NCBI GenBank assembly: GCA_050916045.1
Contig: CP051526.1
Span: 3,808,001-3,872,000 of the forward strand
Source: Tepidisphaera sp.
GTDB lineage: Bacteria > Planctomycetota > Phycisphaerae > Phycisphaerales > UBA1924
DNA length: 64,000 nucleotides
Reading direction: 5' to 3'
The position numbers and the translations under genes are program-made. This document shows, piece after piece, positions 38,425 to 46,572 of the stretch. The notes beneath the pieces were generated by a model, which saw only the letters and a list, made by a program, of their open reading frames with translations, made no database searches and was not told the DNA's origin. Every line of letters begins with the position of its first letter. Position 1 is the stretch's first letter.

Positions 38425-41252
38425 GGTCGATACACCGTTACAAAGGGTGCCCACGCCGCCGCGTGCGCGCCCGACTTCATCTTTTCTCGCTGCGCCGCTT
38501 GAAGCGCCGCTCCGATCGTCCCGAACGACCCATCCGCCCCGGTCATGGACCGATAGGCCGAGCCCATCAATTCCGCTGTGGACGCGTCGTGCACCGGCCA
38601 GAGCGTCGTCGTCACCGACGAAGCACCCGCCGAAAGAACCGCTCGCGCCAGACCCATCTGCTCGTCTCCTCCCGACACCGCCGCACGGCCCGTGTCACAC
38701 CCACTGAGGAGCACCGAAGCACCGGAAAGATACGCCCGCGTGATCTCATGGGCTGTGATCCAGCCGTCCGAGAGCTTGAGGCCCGAAGCCCCGGGGTTGC
38801 TCGGGATGAACCGGGCGTGGCACGCCAGATGAAGGTGGGAACAGCTCCCCGACCGCTGGAAAAAGGCCTCTCGGGTGGCCGCTGGCCCGGTCAGGACCAC
38901 CGCCGAGGAGAGGCAATCGGCCACGTCGTGAGCTTCGACCTCGGACCGGGGTGCGCGCTCATCGGAAACGCCCATGATCAGTTCGCCGCGTCCGAGAACC
39001 GCCGGAGCGATTCGCTCGAGAACGCTGACGCTCGGGGAGAGGGCGACTTCCACGCGCTCAAGCAAGCGAAGCGAGCCGCGACCACCGGTTGACAGAGCCG
39101 GAAAGGGGACACCGTGAAGCGGTCCGGTCGGCACGATCACCACGCGGGTGCAGCCGGCGAGAGCCTGTATGACCGGCGCAAGAACGAGGGCTCCGAGGGC
39201 GTCGAGCTCGGCTTCGGCGTCGCGAGCGAGACGCTCGCCGCGTTCGCCGGCGGGGAGGCCGCGTGCGAGGGCTCGGCCGACCTGGAACATCATCGAGGCG
39301 ACCGCGTCGCGGACCGCGTGGGTGCGGGCGAACTGGCGGATGAGGACGGCACCGCCGCGGCTTCGGCTTTGGATGACGATCGCGGAAAGCGAGTCACCCT
39401 CGGCGAAGTACTCGACGACCGCGCCGTCGGTTGGGATCGAAGCGACGACCTCGTCCAGCTTCGCCGGGACCGCGAAGGAAGCGGCGTAGCGAGACGCGGC
39501 GCCGAGACGAACGACGAGGGCTTCCGCGCGGGCTTCGCGGGAGGCGATTTCGGTCCGCAAGCGTTCCATCGCGGGGCTTGCGGCGTCCGAAGCGTCGTGC
39601 GCTCTGGCGTAGAGCGCGCCGAGCTCGCCGGTGATCTGCGTGTACTCGCGAGCGAGAGCGTCGTCGGCGTCGGCGTGGGCCGCTCCGCCGCCGGAAAGGA
39701 CATCAAGGAGCGACCTGCTCTTGGACAACTCGATGAGGGTGAACGCTTCGGCGACCGCGCCATCTCCGCCGGCGTCGAGCACGGCGGAGGCGCACTCCTC
39801 CCAGATGCCCGCACGGTCGCCGAGGAAAGCGGACCGAAACCCGTCGGTCTGCAGCGCGCCGCGGCAGCGCTCGGCGTGCTGGACCGCGCGGCGCAGGACA
39901 ACGGCGGCTTGCGAAGCGTCGCCCGAAACACGGAGCGCCCGGCCGCGAAGCTGGAGCAGGTCGGCGGCGAGCGGCATGACGCTAAGGGATTCGGCGATGA
40001 CGCTCGCTTGGGCCGCGGTTGCTTGGGCGCCCGTCGCGTCGCCAGAGCGGAGCTGGACGTCGGCGGTGAGGAGGTCGACCCAGGCCCGCGCGGCGGGGCG
40101 GTCGCGAACAGCAGCCCCAGCTTCGACGAGCAGTTGCTTGGCGTGGACGTAGTCGCCGGCGGAAGCGGCGAGATCGGCGCGGAGCGCGAGGGCTTTCGCC
40201 CGCGCGGATTCGTTCTTGAGGTCCTTGAACGCGGCATCGGCGGAAGCAAGGACCGCCGCGGCCCGTTGGTTGCCGGCTTTGGCAAGGGCCCGGCCAAGCC
40301 CAAGCTCGGCGCGTGCGGCTTCGGCTGTCATCTTGTGCGTCTGGAGCACCGGAATCGCCTGCTCGTACGCGCGGATCGCGAGGGGAAGCATGCCGAGGTT
40401 GGTGAGGACATCGGCGTGCTCGACCGCGAGGCGTGCGGCGTCGCCGGGGGCGGAAGCTTCATCGAGCGCTCGGCGGGCTTCTTCGAACATCGCGAGGGCT
40501 TCGTGCAGCCGTCCCTGTCGTGAAGCCAGGTCGGCGAGGTTGCCCAGGACGATGCCGGCGTGGCGAGAGGCGGAGGCGGCGCGGAACGCGGCGAGGGCGG
40601 AGCGGAACGCGGCTTCCGCTTCCGCGAACCGGTCCAGATCGAGCAGGGCTTCGGCGCGGTTGTTCTCGACGTGGGCAAGAAGAGGGGGTTCGTTCGCGAG
40701 CTCCTTTGAAGCTCGCTCGAAGTGCACGATGGCGTGAGCCGGCTTGTCGCGCATGCGTTCGAGGATGCCCAGGTTGTTCTCGGCGCGGCCGAGCAGGGAC
40801 CGTTCGCCCGCTCGCTCGAACGCTTCGCGCCCGCGCAGACCGCACGCGATAGCTTCGTCGAACCGGCCCTGGCGGGCGAAGACGTGGAGCATGGCGAGCT
40901 GGATCCGGCCGGATTCGACGGCATCGGCGCCCGCTTCGGCGAGCGGCATGGCTTGGCTCAGGATCGTCATCGCTTCATCGAAGCGGTTGGCGTACGTGAG
41001 CGCCTGAGCCGCGACGCGGCGGACGCGGGCACGCACGGCGGGGGTAGCGTGGGCGTCGGCGAGTTCTGTAAGCGCGGCGGTCGTACGCACGGCCCGGGAG
41101 AGATCCGCCATGATCCGCCGCTCGGCTTCGTCCGCGAGCTGGGCGACGACGCCGGAAGCCTGCGGCCCCGGAGGGAGCAGCGCCGCGACCGCTTCGACGG
41201 TCGGTGCGTCGAGCGCGTCCACCATGGCGGGGATGGTGCGGGCGTCGGTCAT
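38418..41252 (-). CDS. TPR-CHAT (caspase HetF-associated) cysteine protease
   Basis: TPR-like repeats (NNLG, NNRA, GNLA); IELSKSRSLLD, IVPTGPLHGVPF, HLACHA and LSGCDTG dyad, TLWPVHD, WAPF. Confidence 0.92.
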   Translation of the reverse strand: MTDARTIPAMVDALDAPTVEAVAALLPPGPQASGVVAQLADEAERRIMADLSRAVRTTAALTELADAHATPAVRARVRRVAAQALTYANRFDEAMTILSQAMPLAEAGADAVESGRIQLAMLHVFARQGRFDEAIACGLRGREAFERAGERSLLGRAENNLGILERMRDKPAHAIVHFERASKELANEPPLLAHVENNRAEALLDLDRFAEAEAAFRSALAAFRAASASRHAGIVLGNLADLASRQGRLHEALAMFEEARRALDEASAPGDAARLAVEHADVLTNLGMLPLAIRAYEQAIPVLQTHKMTAEAARAELGLGRALAKAGNQRAAAVLASADAAFKDLKNESARAKALALRADLAASAGDYVHAKQLLVEAGAAVRDRPAARAWVDLLTADVQLRSGDATGAQATAAQASVIAESLSVMPLAADLLQLRGRALRVSGDASQAAVVLRRAVQHAERCRGALQTDGFRSAFLGDRAGIWEECASAVLDAGGDGAVAEAFTLIELSKSRSLLDVLSGGGAAHADADDALAREYTQITGELGALYARAHDASDAASPAMERLRTEIASREARAEALVVRLGAASRYAASFAVPAKLDEVVASIPTDGAVVEYFAEGDSLSAIVIQSRSRGGAVLIRQFARTHAVRDAVASMMFQVGRALARGLPAGERGERLARDAEAELDALGALVLAPVIQALAGCTRVVIVPTGPLHGVPFPALSTGGRGSLRLLERVEVALSPSVSVLERIAPAVLGRGELIMGVSDERAPRSEVEAHDVADCLSSAVVLTGPAATREAFFQRSGSCSHLHLACHARFIPSNPGASGLKLSDGWITAHEITRAYLSGASVLLSGCDTGRAAVSGGDEQMGLARAVLSAGASSVTTTLWPVHDASTAELMGSAYRSMTGADGSFGTIGAALQAAQREKMKSGAHAAAWAPFVTVYRPW

Positions 41253-41875
41253 CCGATGATCAGTCGCGGGAGGGCGAGGGTTTCCTCACCCACCGCCAGG
41301 CGCAGGTCCCAAACCCCGGCTTCCACCTCGAACTGGAACCGGCCGCGGTCGTCGATCGAGGTTTCGCCGGAGGTCGTGGAGCCGATCTCGATGAACCCCA
41401 CGCGGGTCGCGCGGTCGGTTCCCGAAGCGGCGATCTGGCCGGTGATCTGGAACGCGACGGCACCGGGGCCGGGGGCGCGGATCTCAAGATCCACCTCGCC
41501 CGCGCTGCTATCGAAGGTCATGTGCCGGGTGGCGATGCTCCCCGTCCCGCGGAAGCCGGCCAGCGTGGGCGTGGCTTTGCTGTCAAAGACGAGGCTCGCC
41601 ACCACATCGGCGACGCGGTCGAACCAGGACGCGCCTTGGGCCGGAGCGGCACCCATCAAGCGGAGGGCCCGCTGGACGGTCGAAGCGGGCGGGTCGGCAA
41701 GCGTGCCGGTCTGGAGCAGAGCGGCCGCGGACTGGATCCGCGTCAGCTTGGCTTGGAGACCGGGCTGGGCTTCGACCGCGTGACGGACCCGCTGGGCATC
41801 CTGCGAAGAAAGCTCGCCCAGGGCGAAGGCCGCGAGTTCTTCGGGGCTGACGGGTTGGGCGTGGTCGTGGCTCAC
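41249..41875 (-). CDS. Putative soluble anti-sigma factor (degenerate ZAS-like N-terminus plus beta-sandwich)
   Basis: EELAAFALGELS...VRHAV N-terminus; LVFDS...AGFRG; IDDRGRFQF; no TM; directly downstream of an ECF sigma. Confidence 0.65.
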   Translation of the reverse strand: MSHDHAQPVSPEELAAFALGELSSQDAQRVRHAVEAQPGLQAKLTRIQSAAALLQTGTLADPPASTVQRALRLMGAAPAQGASWFDRVADVVASLVFDSKATPTLAGFRGTGSIATRHMTFDSSAGEVDLEIRAPGPGAVAFQITGQIAASGTDRATRVGFIEIGSTTSGETSIDDRGRFQFEVEAGVWDLRLAVGEETLALPRLIIG

Positions 41876-41901
41876 AGGGATCTCCGGTCGTGCTGGAAGA
41901 C

Positions 41902-41928
41902 AAGAGCGGCGTGCCGGCGGGCGCGTAC
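41902..41928 (-). promoter_or_regulatory. Putative ECF promoter GTA-N16-CCGCTCTT upstream of anti-sigma/CHAT/S8
   Basis: Same motif and spacing as at 36903-36929. Confidence 0.55.
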
Positions 41929-41979
41929 ATCACCCGACAAGAAACTTGCTGCCCCGGGGCCCCGGGGAGGCATCCAGGG

Positions 41980-42531
41980 TCATTCGAGGAGTTCCGCTAA
42001 CTTGGCAAGACACCGGGTACGGGTGGGCCCGATGCTCCCGACGGCCATGCCAAGCTGGGAGCTAATCTCCTCGTACGACACATCGGCTTGGGCGAGGTAA
42101 AGCAGGCGAAGCAGGGCTTCGCACCGCCCCCCGAGGGCCGCCAGGGCGGTTTCGAGGGTTTGGAGGCGTTCCAGGCGTTCGACCTTGTCGGGCTCGAGGT
42201 CGGCACTGAGCAACTCGGGCGCGGCGGGGCTCAGGGTTGTTTGGGCGGTTCGAGCGGCTTTCCAGCAGGCCCGGTGGGTGGTGGTAATCAGCCACTTGGG
42301 GACGGCTTGGACATCCTGGATCCTGGGGAGTTCACGGACCAGAGCGGTGAAGACCGTCTGGAAGATGTCGTCGCACGCTTCCTCGGAGAACCGGTATCCG
42401 CGCGGGATGGAGTAGACGAGGCGCTTGAAGCGGTGGACGACCTGCCGCCAGGCCCGCTCATCCCCGCGCGCGGCCGCAGTGAGCATCTCGCGGTCCTGCT
42501 GAAGTTGTGCCGCACTCTCCTCCGCGTGCAC
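41980..42531 (-). CDS. ECF RNA polymerase sigma factor
   Basis: GDERAWRQVV, CDDIFQTVF, SYEEISSQLGMAVGSIGPTRTRCLAKL. Confidence 0.92.
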   Translation of the reverse strand: MHAEESAAQLQQDREMLTAAARGDERAWRQVVHRFKRLVYSIPRGYRFSEEACDDIFQTVFTALVRELPRIQDVQAVPKWLITTTHRACWKAARTAQTTLSPAAPELLSADLEPDKVERLERLQTLETALAALGGRCEALLRLLYLAQADVSYEEISSQLGMAVGSIGPTRTRCLAKLAELLE

Positions 42532-42590
42532 GCGCTGCTCCCGTGAACGATCGACGCTCGTCCGGTCATTCTACGTTGGCTTTCGGAGGG

Positions 42591-43214
42591 TCAGTCGATC
42601 TGGTCGGCGACGGAGCGGCCCGGCCGGCCGATCAGCAGCTTGTTGATCAGGTCCTGCACGTGGTTGCCCGCCGTGTCCGTGCCGTGGCCGGGGATGTTGA
42701 GGGCGTGAAGAACGCCGTAGCCCATACCGACGTAGATGAGGAGCCAAGCGATCAGGTCGGCGGACACGCGCGGGTTGACCTTGTGCTCGGACTGGGCGAG
42801 CTCGAGTTCGCGTCGGAGAAACGCGTGAAGATTGCCAAGGTGGCGCGAAGCCGCGTGGTGGATCTGCTCGTCGTTGACCTCGGTGATGGCTTGCAGGAGC
42901 ACGCGGTAGGAGTCACGGGTCGCATCGCCGACCATCGGGTTGTCGCCGACGAGGCGGCGGAGGCGTTCGGCGGGGTCGGTCGCGCCGGCGAGGTGCTCTT
43001 CCCACATCTTGAGCGTCCGGTCGGCCGAGCGGTCGATCAGCGCGATGAACAGGTCGCGCTTGCTCAGGAAATGCCGGTAGATGATGGGCTCGGTGATTCC
43101 GGCGGACTTGGCGAGCTCGGCGGTGGTCGCGCGGGCGTACCCGTGCTGCGCGAAGAGCTCGGCGGCGCGGTCCAGCAACTGCTCACGACGTTGGGCGGCG
43201 GGGAGGCGGGACAT
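42591..43214 (-). CDS. TetR/AcrR family transcriptional regulator
   Basis: RREQLLDRAAELFAQHGY...AGITEPIIYRHFLSKRDL. Confidence 0.92.
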   Translation of the reverse strand: MSRLPAAQRREQLLDRAAELFAQHGYARATTAELAKSAGITEPIIYRHFLSKRDLFIALIDRSADRTLKMWEEHLAGATDPAERLRRLVGDNPMVGDATRDSYRVLLQAITEVNDEQIHHAASRHLGNLHAFLRRELELAQSEHKVNPRVSADLIAWLLIYVGMGYGVLHALNIPGHGTDTAGNHVQDLINKLLIGRPGRSVADQID

Positions 43215-43280
43215 CCCGTTATTCTAGGGCGGGACCGGACCCAGGCTAGTGAGTGCTCACTGTGCGAAGGTGGAGGACCA

Positions 43281-43568
43281 TCAGGACCGAGGCGGCACCG
43301 GGTCGTAGCCACCCTTGACGAACGGATTGCACCGCAGGATGCGAGAAGCCGTCAGCCACGTGCCTTTGATGGGTCCATGGGTGCGGTAGGCGTCGAGGCC
43401 GTACCACGAACAGGTCGGGCTGAAGCGGCATTGGCGGCCCATGATCGGGCTGAGCGTGAACTGGTAGAGCTTGATGATCGCGATGAAGGGGAGGTTTCCC
43501 GCGCGGGCCCAGAGGGGGAGCGGGGGAAAGTGCGTGTGCGTCGGAGGCGTGCCGCCGGGGTCGCTCAT
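43281..43568 (-). CDS. yidD: Membrane protein insertion efficiency factor
   Basis: YQFTLSP, CRFSPTCSWY, RILRCNPFVKGGYDPVP. Confidence 0.95.
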   Translation of the reverse strand: MSDPGGTPPTHTHFPPLPLWARAGNLPFIAIIKLYQFTLSPIMGRQCRFSPTCSWYGLDAYRTHGPIKGTWLTASRILRCNPFVKGGYDPVPPRS

Positions 43569-43972
43569 GGCTCACCTGGCGCTTCGCCGGCTCGTTCGCG
43601 GCGGCGGCGTTGGTCGCGGTCGGCGGCGGCGATGCCGTTCATCAGCAGCGTCTGGTACTGCTCGAGCGAAAGCGGGCTGTGAGGTTTGGCGGAGACGACG
43701 ATGTCGTAACCGGTCGCTTCGTCAAGCTTGGGGATGTCGCGCTGAAGCAGGCGGAAAGCTTCGCGGATCATGCGTTTGAGGCGGTTGCGGACGACGGCGT
43801 TGCCGACGACGCGGCCGACGGAGAGGCCCAGGCGGTGCGTCGGGCGGTCCGAAGGCAGGACGAAGACCGCGAGCGGGCCGGTGGACTTGCGCATGCGAGC
43901 GGCAAAGACCGCTGAGAACTCGCGGGCGTGGGTGAGTTTGTGGCGCGTGCTGAAACGGAAGGAAGGGGGCAC
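43565..43972 (-). CDS. rnpA: Ribonuclease P protein component
   Basis: RLGLSVGRVVGNAVVRNRLKRMIREAFR. Confidence 0.95.
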   Translation of the reverse strand: MPPSFRFSTRHKLTHAREFSAVFAARMRKSTGPLAVFVLPSDRPTHRLGLSVGRVVGNAVVRNRLKRMIREAFRLLQRDIPKLDEATGYDIVVSAKPHSPLSLEQYQTLLMNGIAAADRDQRRRRERAGEAPGEP

Positions 43973-44133
43973 GTGAGATGGTATTCACAGGTCGTGGAGT
44001 CTCGCCCCAGAGCGACTCTCGTCGAGGTATACACGGTGTGGCATGATTCTCGCTTTGGAGAAACATGATTGGGCATCATCGACTGTGTAGACCAACGAAG
44101 GAATGAAGACATGCTTCCTCAAAGCAGGAAGCA

Positions 44134-44660
44134 CGGCGGGTGGCACGACTGCTTCTCTGGTCTCGGGGTTCGGTGGAGCCCGTTCTGCGGAATCGGCAGA
44201 GTATAACGGCAGGCGGGGGTGCCACGATCCGCCGCTTCGGCGCATCGTGGATGGATCACCGAGTGTGTTGTCGCCGAGTGCCACCATCCCTCCGCTTCGG
44301 AGGGTGGTGGATGGTCGTGGCACGACGCGAGGTGATGAAGGACGCCGAGCGTGGCATCCGGGGCGCTGAGAAACAGCGGGAGCCTGCGGTACGTCGAGAG
44401 CGTGAGAAAGCGGAGGTTGTGGCCGTGCTCATGGCGACGGAGCCGCTTGCGAAGCGGAGGATCGAATGGAGGGTGGGGTGGGCTCATGCCGCACGCGACC
44501 ACGCCCGAAGGTTCGACGATTCATGCTGCACGGACGTCCTTCCACGATGCGCCGAAGCGGCGGATCGTGGCACCCCCGCTCACGGTTCCATCACGCCCAC
44601 ATCAGTCAACGGAGCCCCACCGAGGTCTCGAAGACCGCACGGCGGTCGTGCCACCCGCCG
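44134..44660. mobile_element. Non-autonomous REP/RAYT-like element with about 120-bp imperfect inverted arms (44134-44251, 44541-44660)
   Basis: Perfect 39-bp inverted repeat 44213-44251/44541-44579; 19-bp inverted repeat with 1 mismatch 44134-44152/44642-44660; third variant hairpin 44278-44311. Confidence 0.7.
44345..44487 (-). pseudogene. 5' fragment of a REP-associated tyrosine (Y1/IS200-like) transposase; 3' boundary approximate
   Basis: RKRLRRHEHGHNLRFLTLSTYRRLPLF resembles RAYT N-termini; no HUH or catalytic Tyr region follows. Confidence 0.6.
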
Positions 44661-45743
44661 GTGCAATCCCAATAAACCAAAGAGAAGCATCGACGTTGTC
44701 GCCGGCACCGGAACGGCCATCATGAACGCACCATGCCCGACAAATTGGCCACCTTCCCATCTGTTGTACCGCCCGTACATCATCGTCCCGTCCCGAGTGA
44801 CGGCAACGTCGCTGTAGGTGTAGTCCGCAGGGGTCACATACCCAAGCAGATGGGCGTAGGCCGTAAACCCGATCATGCCTGTGGACGCCGTCCAGACAAA
44901 GTCGTCCTCTCCGACAGGTCCCCTGATCGTCGAGCAGACCCCGGTAATGATCGAGCCATTGTCTGAAATCGAATGAGCGATGCTGTCGTTGTAACCAGAG
45001 AGCCTCCCGAGCATCTCGACGACTCCATCCCTCCAAACGCAAGCCGTCGCAGTAGTCCATCCGCCTTCACCAATCGTGCCCCAAAAACCCACGACGGCCC
45101 GGCCGTCGGACGTCATGTTGTACGCATTCGATCCCAATTCGCCCCCACCAAGGTTCAGGACCGACTGACCTTCTGTAGCGACAATCGCGTACGATCGACC
45201 GCCAGAAAAAATACTACCTGCATAGGTCCGACCATCACTCGTGATGGCGACCGCCTCGCCATCCTGCCCCAGCGGCAGGGCCCGGATTCCTGTTTCGGGT
45301 GTCCACCGGAACGCACCGTCGCCGCCCGAGACGCGGTAGTTGCCCACCATCGTCCGCCCGTTGTCCGTGATCCCCAGCGGTCGAATCTCGAGCGCGCCGG
45401 CGTTGCCGAGGTTCTCGTAGGTGCCCGGACCCTGCCACCGAAACAATGAGCCGCGGCCTTGCGTGTTCCAAGTCTCACCGCCGACCACTGCACCGTCCGC
45501 TGAAATCACCGACGCGTACCCCGAAATTGCCTGTCCGTTGCTCCCTCGGACCAAAGTGAAACCTGCGGACTGGGTCCAGGAGGTGGCGTAGCCGTTTGCC
45601 TCCGACCCGACCAAGACCGACCCATCCCTCGAGGCGTTGAAAACCAACAAGTTCTCAACCAGCCGCAGCGACTGGGCGTCGGCGGTGCCCGCAAGGACGG
45701 GGCCGAGAACCAAAGCGGCGCAGGCGGCGAATCTCGTCTTCAT
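44580..45743 (-). CDS. Secreted HAF-like repeat beta-propeller protein with PEP-CTERM-like tail
   Basis: Signal peptide; S(A/R)DGxxxxG and AFRWT repeats; VPVPA-TM-HRR tail that reads on into the repeat. Confidence 0.8.
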   Translation of the reverse strand: MKTRFAACAALVLGPVLAGTADAQSLRLVENLLVFNASRDGSVLVGSEANGYATSWTQSAGFTLVRGSNGQAISGYASVISADGAVVGGETWNTQGRGSLFRWQGPGTYENLGNAGALEIRPLGITDNGRTMVGNYRVSGGDGAFRWTPETGIRALPLGQDGEAVAITSDGRTYAGSIFSGGRSYAIVATEGQSVLNLGGGELGSNAYNMTSDGRAVVGFWGTIGEGGWTTATACVWRDGVVEMLGRLSGYNDSIAHSISDNGSIITGVCSTIRGPVGEDDFVWTASTGMIGFTAYAHLLGYVTPADYTYSDVAVTRDGTMMYGRYNRWEGGQFVGHGAFMMAVPVPATTSMLLFGLLGLHRRVARPPCGLRDLGGAPLTDVGVMEP

Positions 45744-45857
45744 GCCCTCACCATACAACATTCTGGCGAATCCGCAAGGCAGATCAGCGGTTCTGCGCGA
45801 CCTTTGGCCGGGTGCCACCATCTCCTGGTCCTCCGGCGGACCTTGGCAACCAGAGGT

Positions 45858-46412
45858 CTAGTTCGTGGCGGCAATGCGCCGCACCGGGTTCACGCTCGCG
45901 GGGAGCAGGCCGATCAGGATGAGGACGCCGGCGATGGCGATGACCCAACTCCGCGTCCTTTCGCCCGTCACCAGACGGTGCAGGGTCGAGTCCATGACCG
46001 GCTTGGGGGGGAGGGCGATCGGGTCGGGCTCGAGGGCGGGGAAGACGGAAGCGCCGCCGGCGGCCTGTTCGAGCTGGTCGCCGTCGAGGGGGGAGCGGTC
46101 GGCGGTGATCTGGTTGAGCTGGCTTGCCGCGAGGGCGAGGCTCAGGGTCGGGTCCTCTTCCCGGAGGGCGGCCAGGAACTCCTCATGTCGGGCGATGCGT
46201 TGCAAGCGGTGTTCTTCGAAGATCCGGGCCCGATCGCGGAGCCAGCGGGCTTCGCGCAGGCTATCCACCGCCGGGATCAGCATCGTCGCCGAGAGCAGAG
46301 CCAGGCCGGCGATGAGAAAGAGCCAGCCGGGGTCGAAAGCCACCGGCCGGCGAGCGGACGCGGACGGCTGAGGCTTGGGAGCGGCGGATGGATCACTCGG
46401 GGTGGCGGACAC
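45858..46412 (-). CDS. Hypothetical two-TM membrane protein
   Basis: GTG 46412 lies 6 nt after TACACT; FDPGWLFLIAGL; C-terminal TM. Confidence 0.72.
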   Translation of the reverse strand: MSATPSDPSAAPKPQPSASARRPVAFDPGWLFLIAGLALLSATMLIPAVDSLREARWLRDRARIFEEHRLQRIARHEEFLAALREEDPTLSLALAASQLNQITADRSPLDGDQLEQAAGGASVFPALEPDPIALPPKPVMDSTLHRLVTGERTRSWVIAIAGVLILIGLLPASVNPVRRIAATN

Positions 46413-46572
46413 GATCGGAGTGTATCGGTGCCCGGACGGAGCGAGGAGCAGAAAACCCGAGCCAGCGCCCAAGGGGGGTGTTTGGCCGGGGTGACGGTGC
46501 GACAGCGGTCGCGAAAGGGCGGGTTTGGAACCGGTCGGGGTCGGGGGTGACGGCGGGAATACGATGGGCTGG

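Noticed and set aside
20802..42531. Genomic island integrated at tRNA-Ala
   Set aside because: No integrase and no duplicated tRNA 3' end was found, and the downstream genes have host-like composition.
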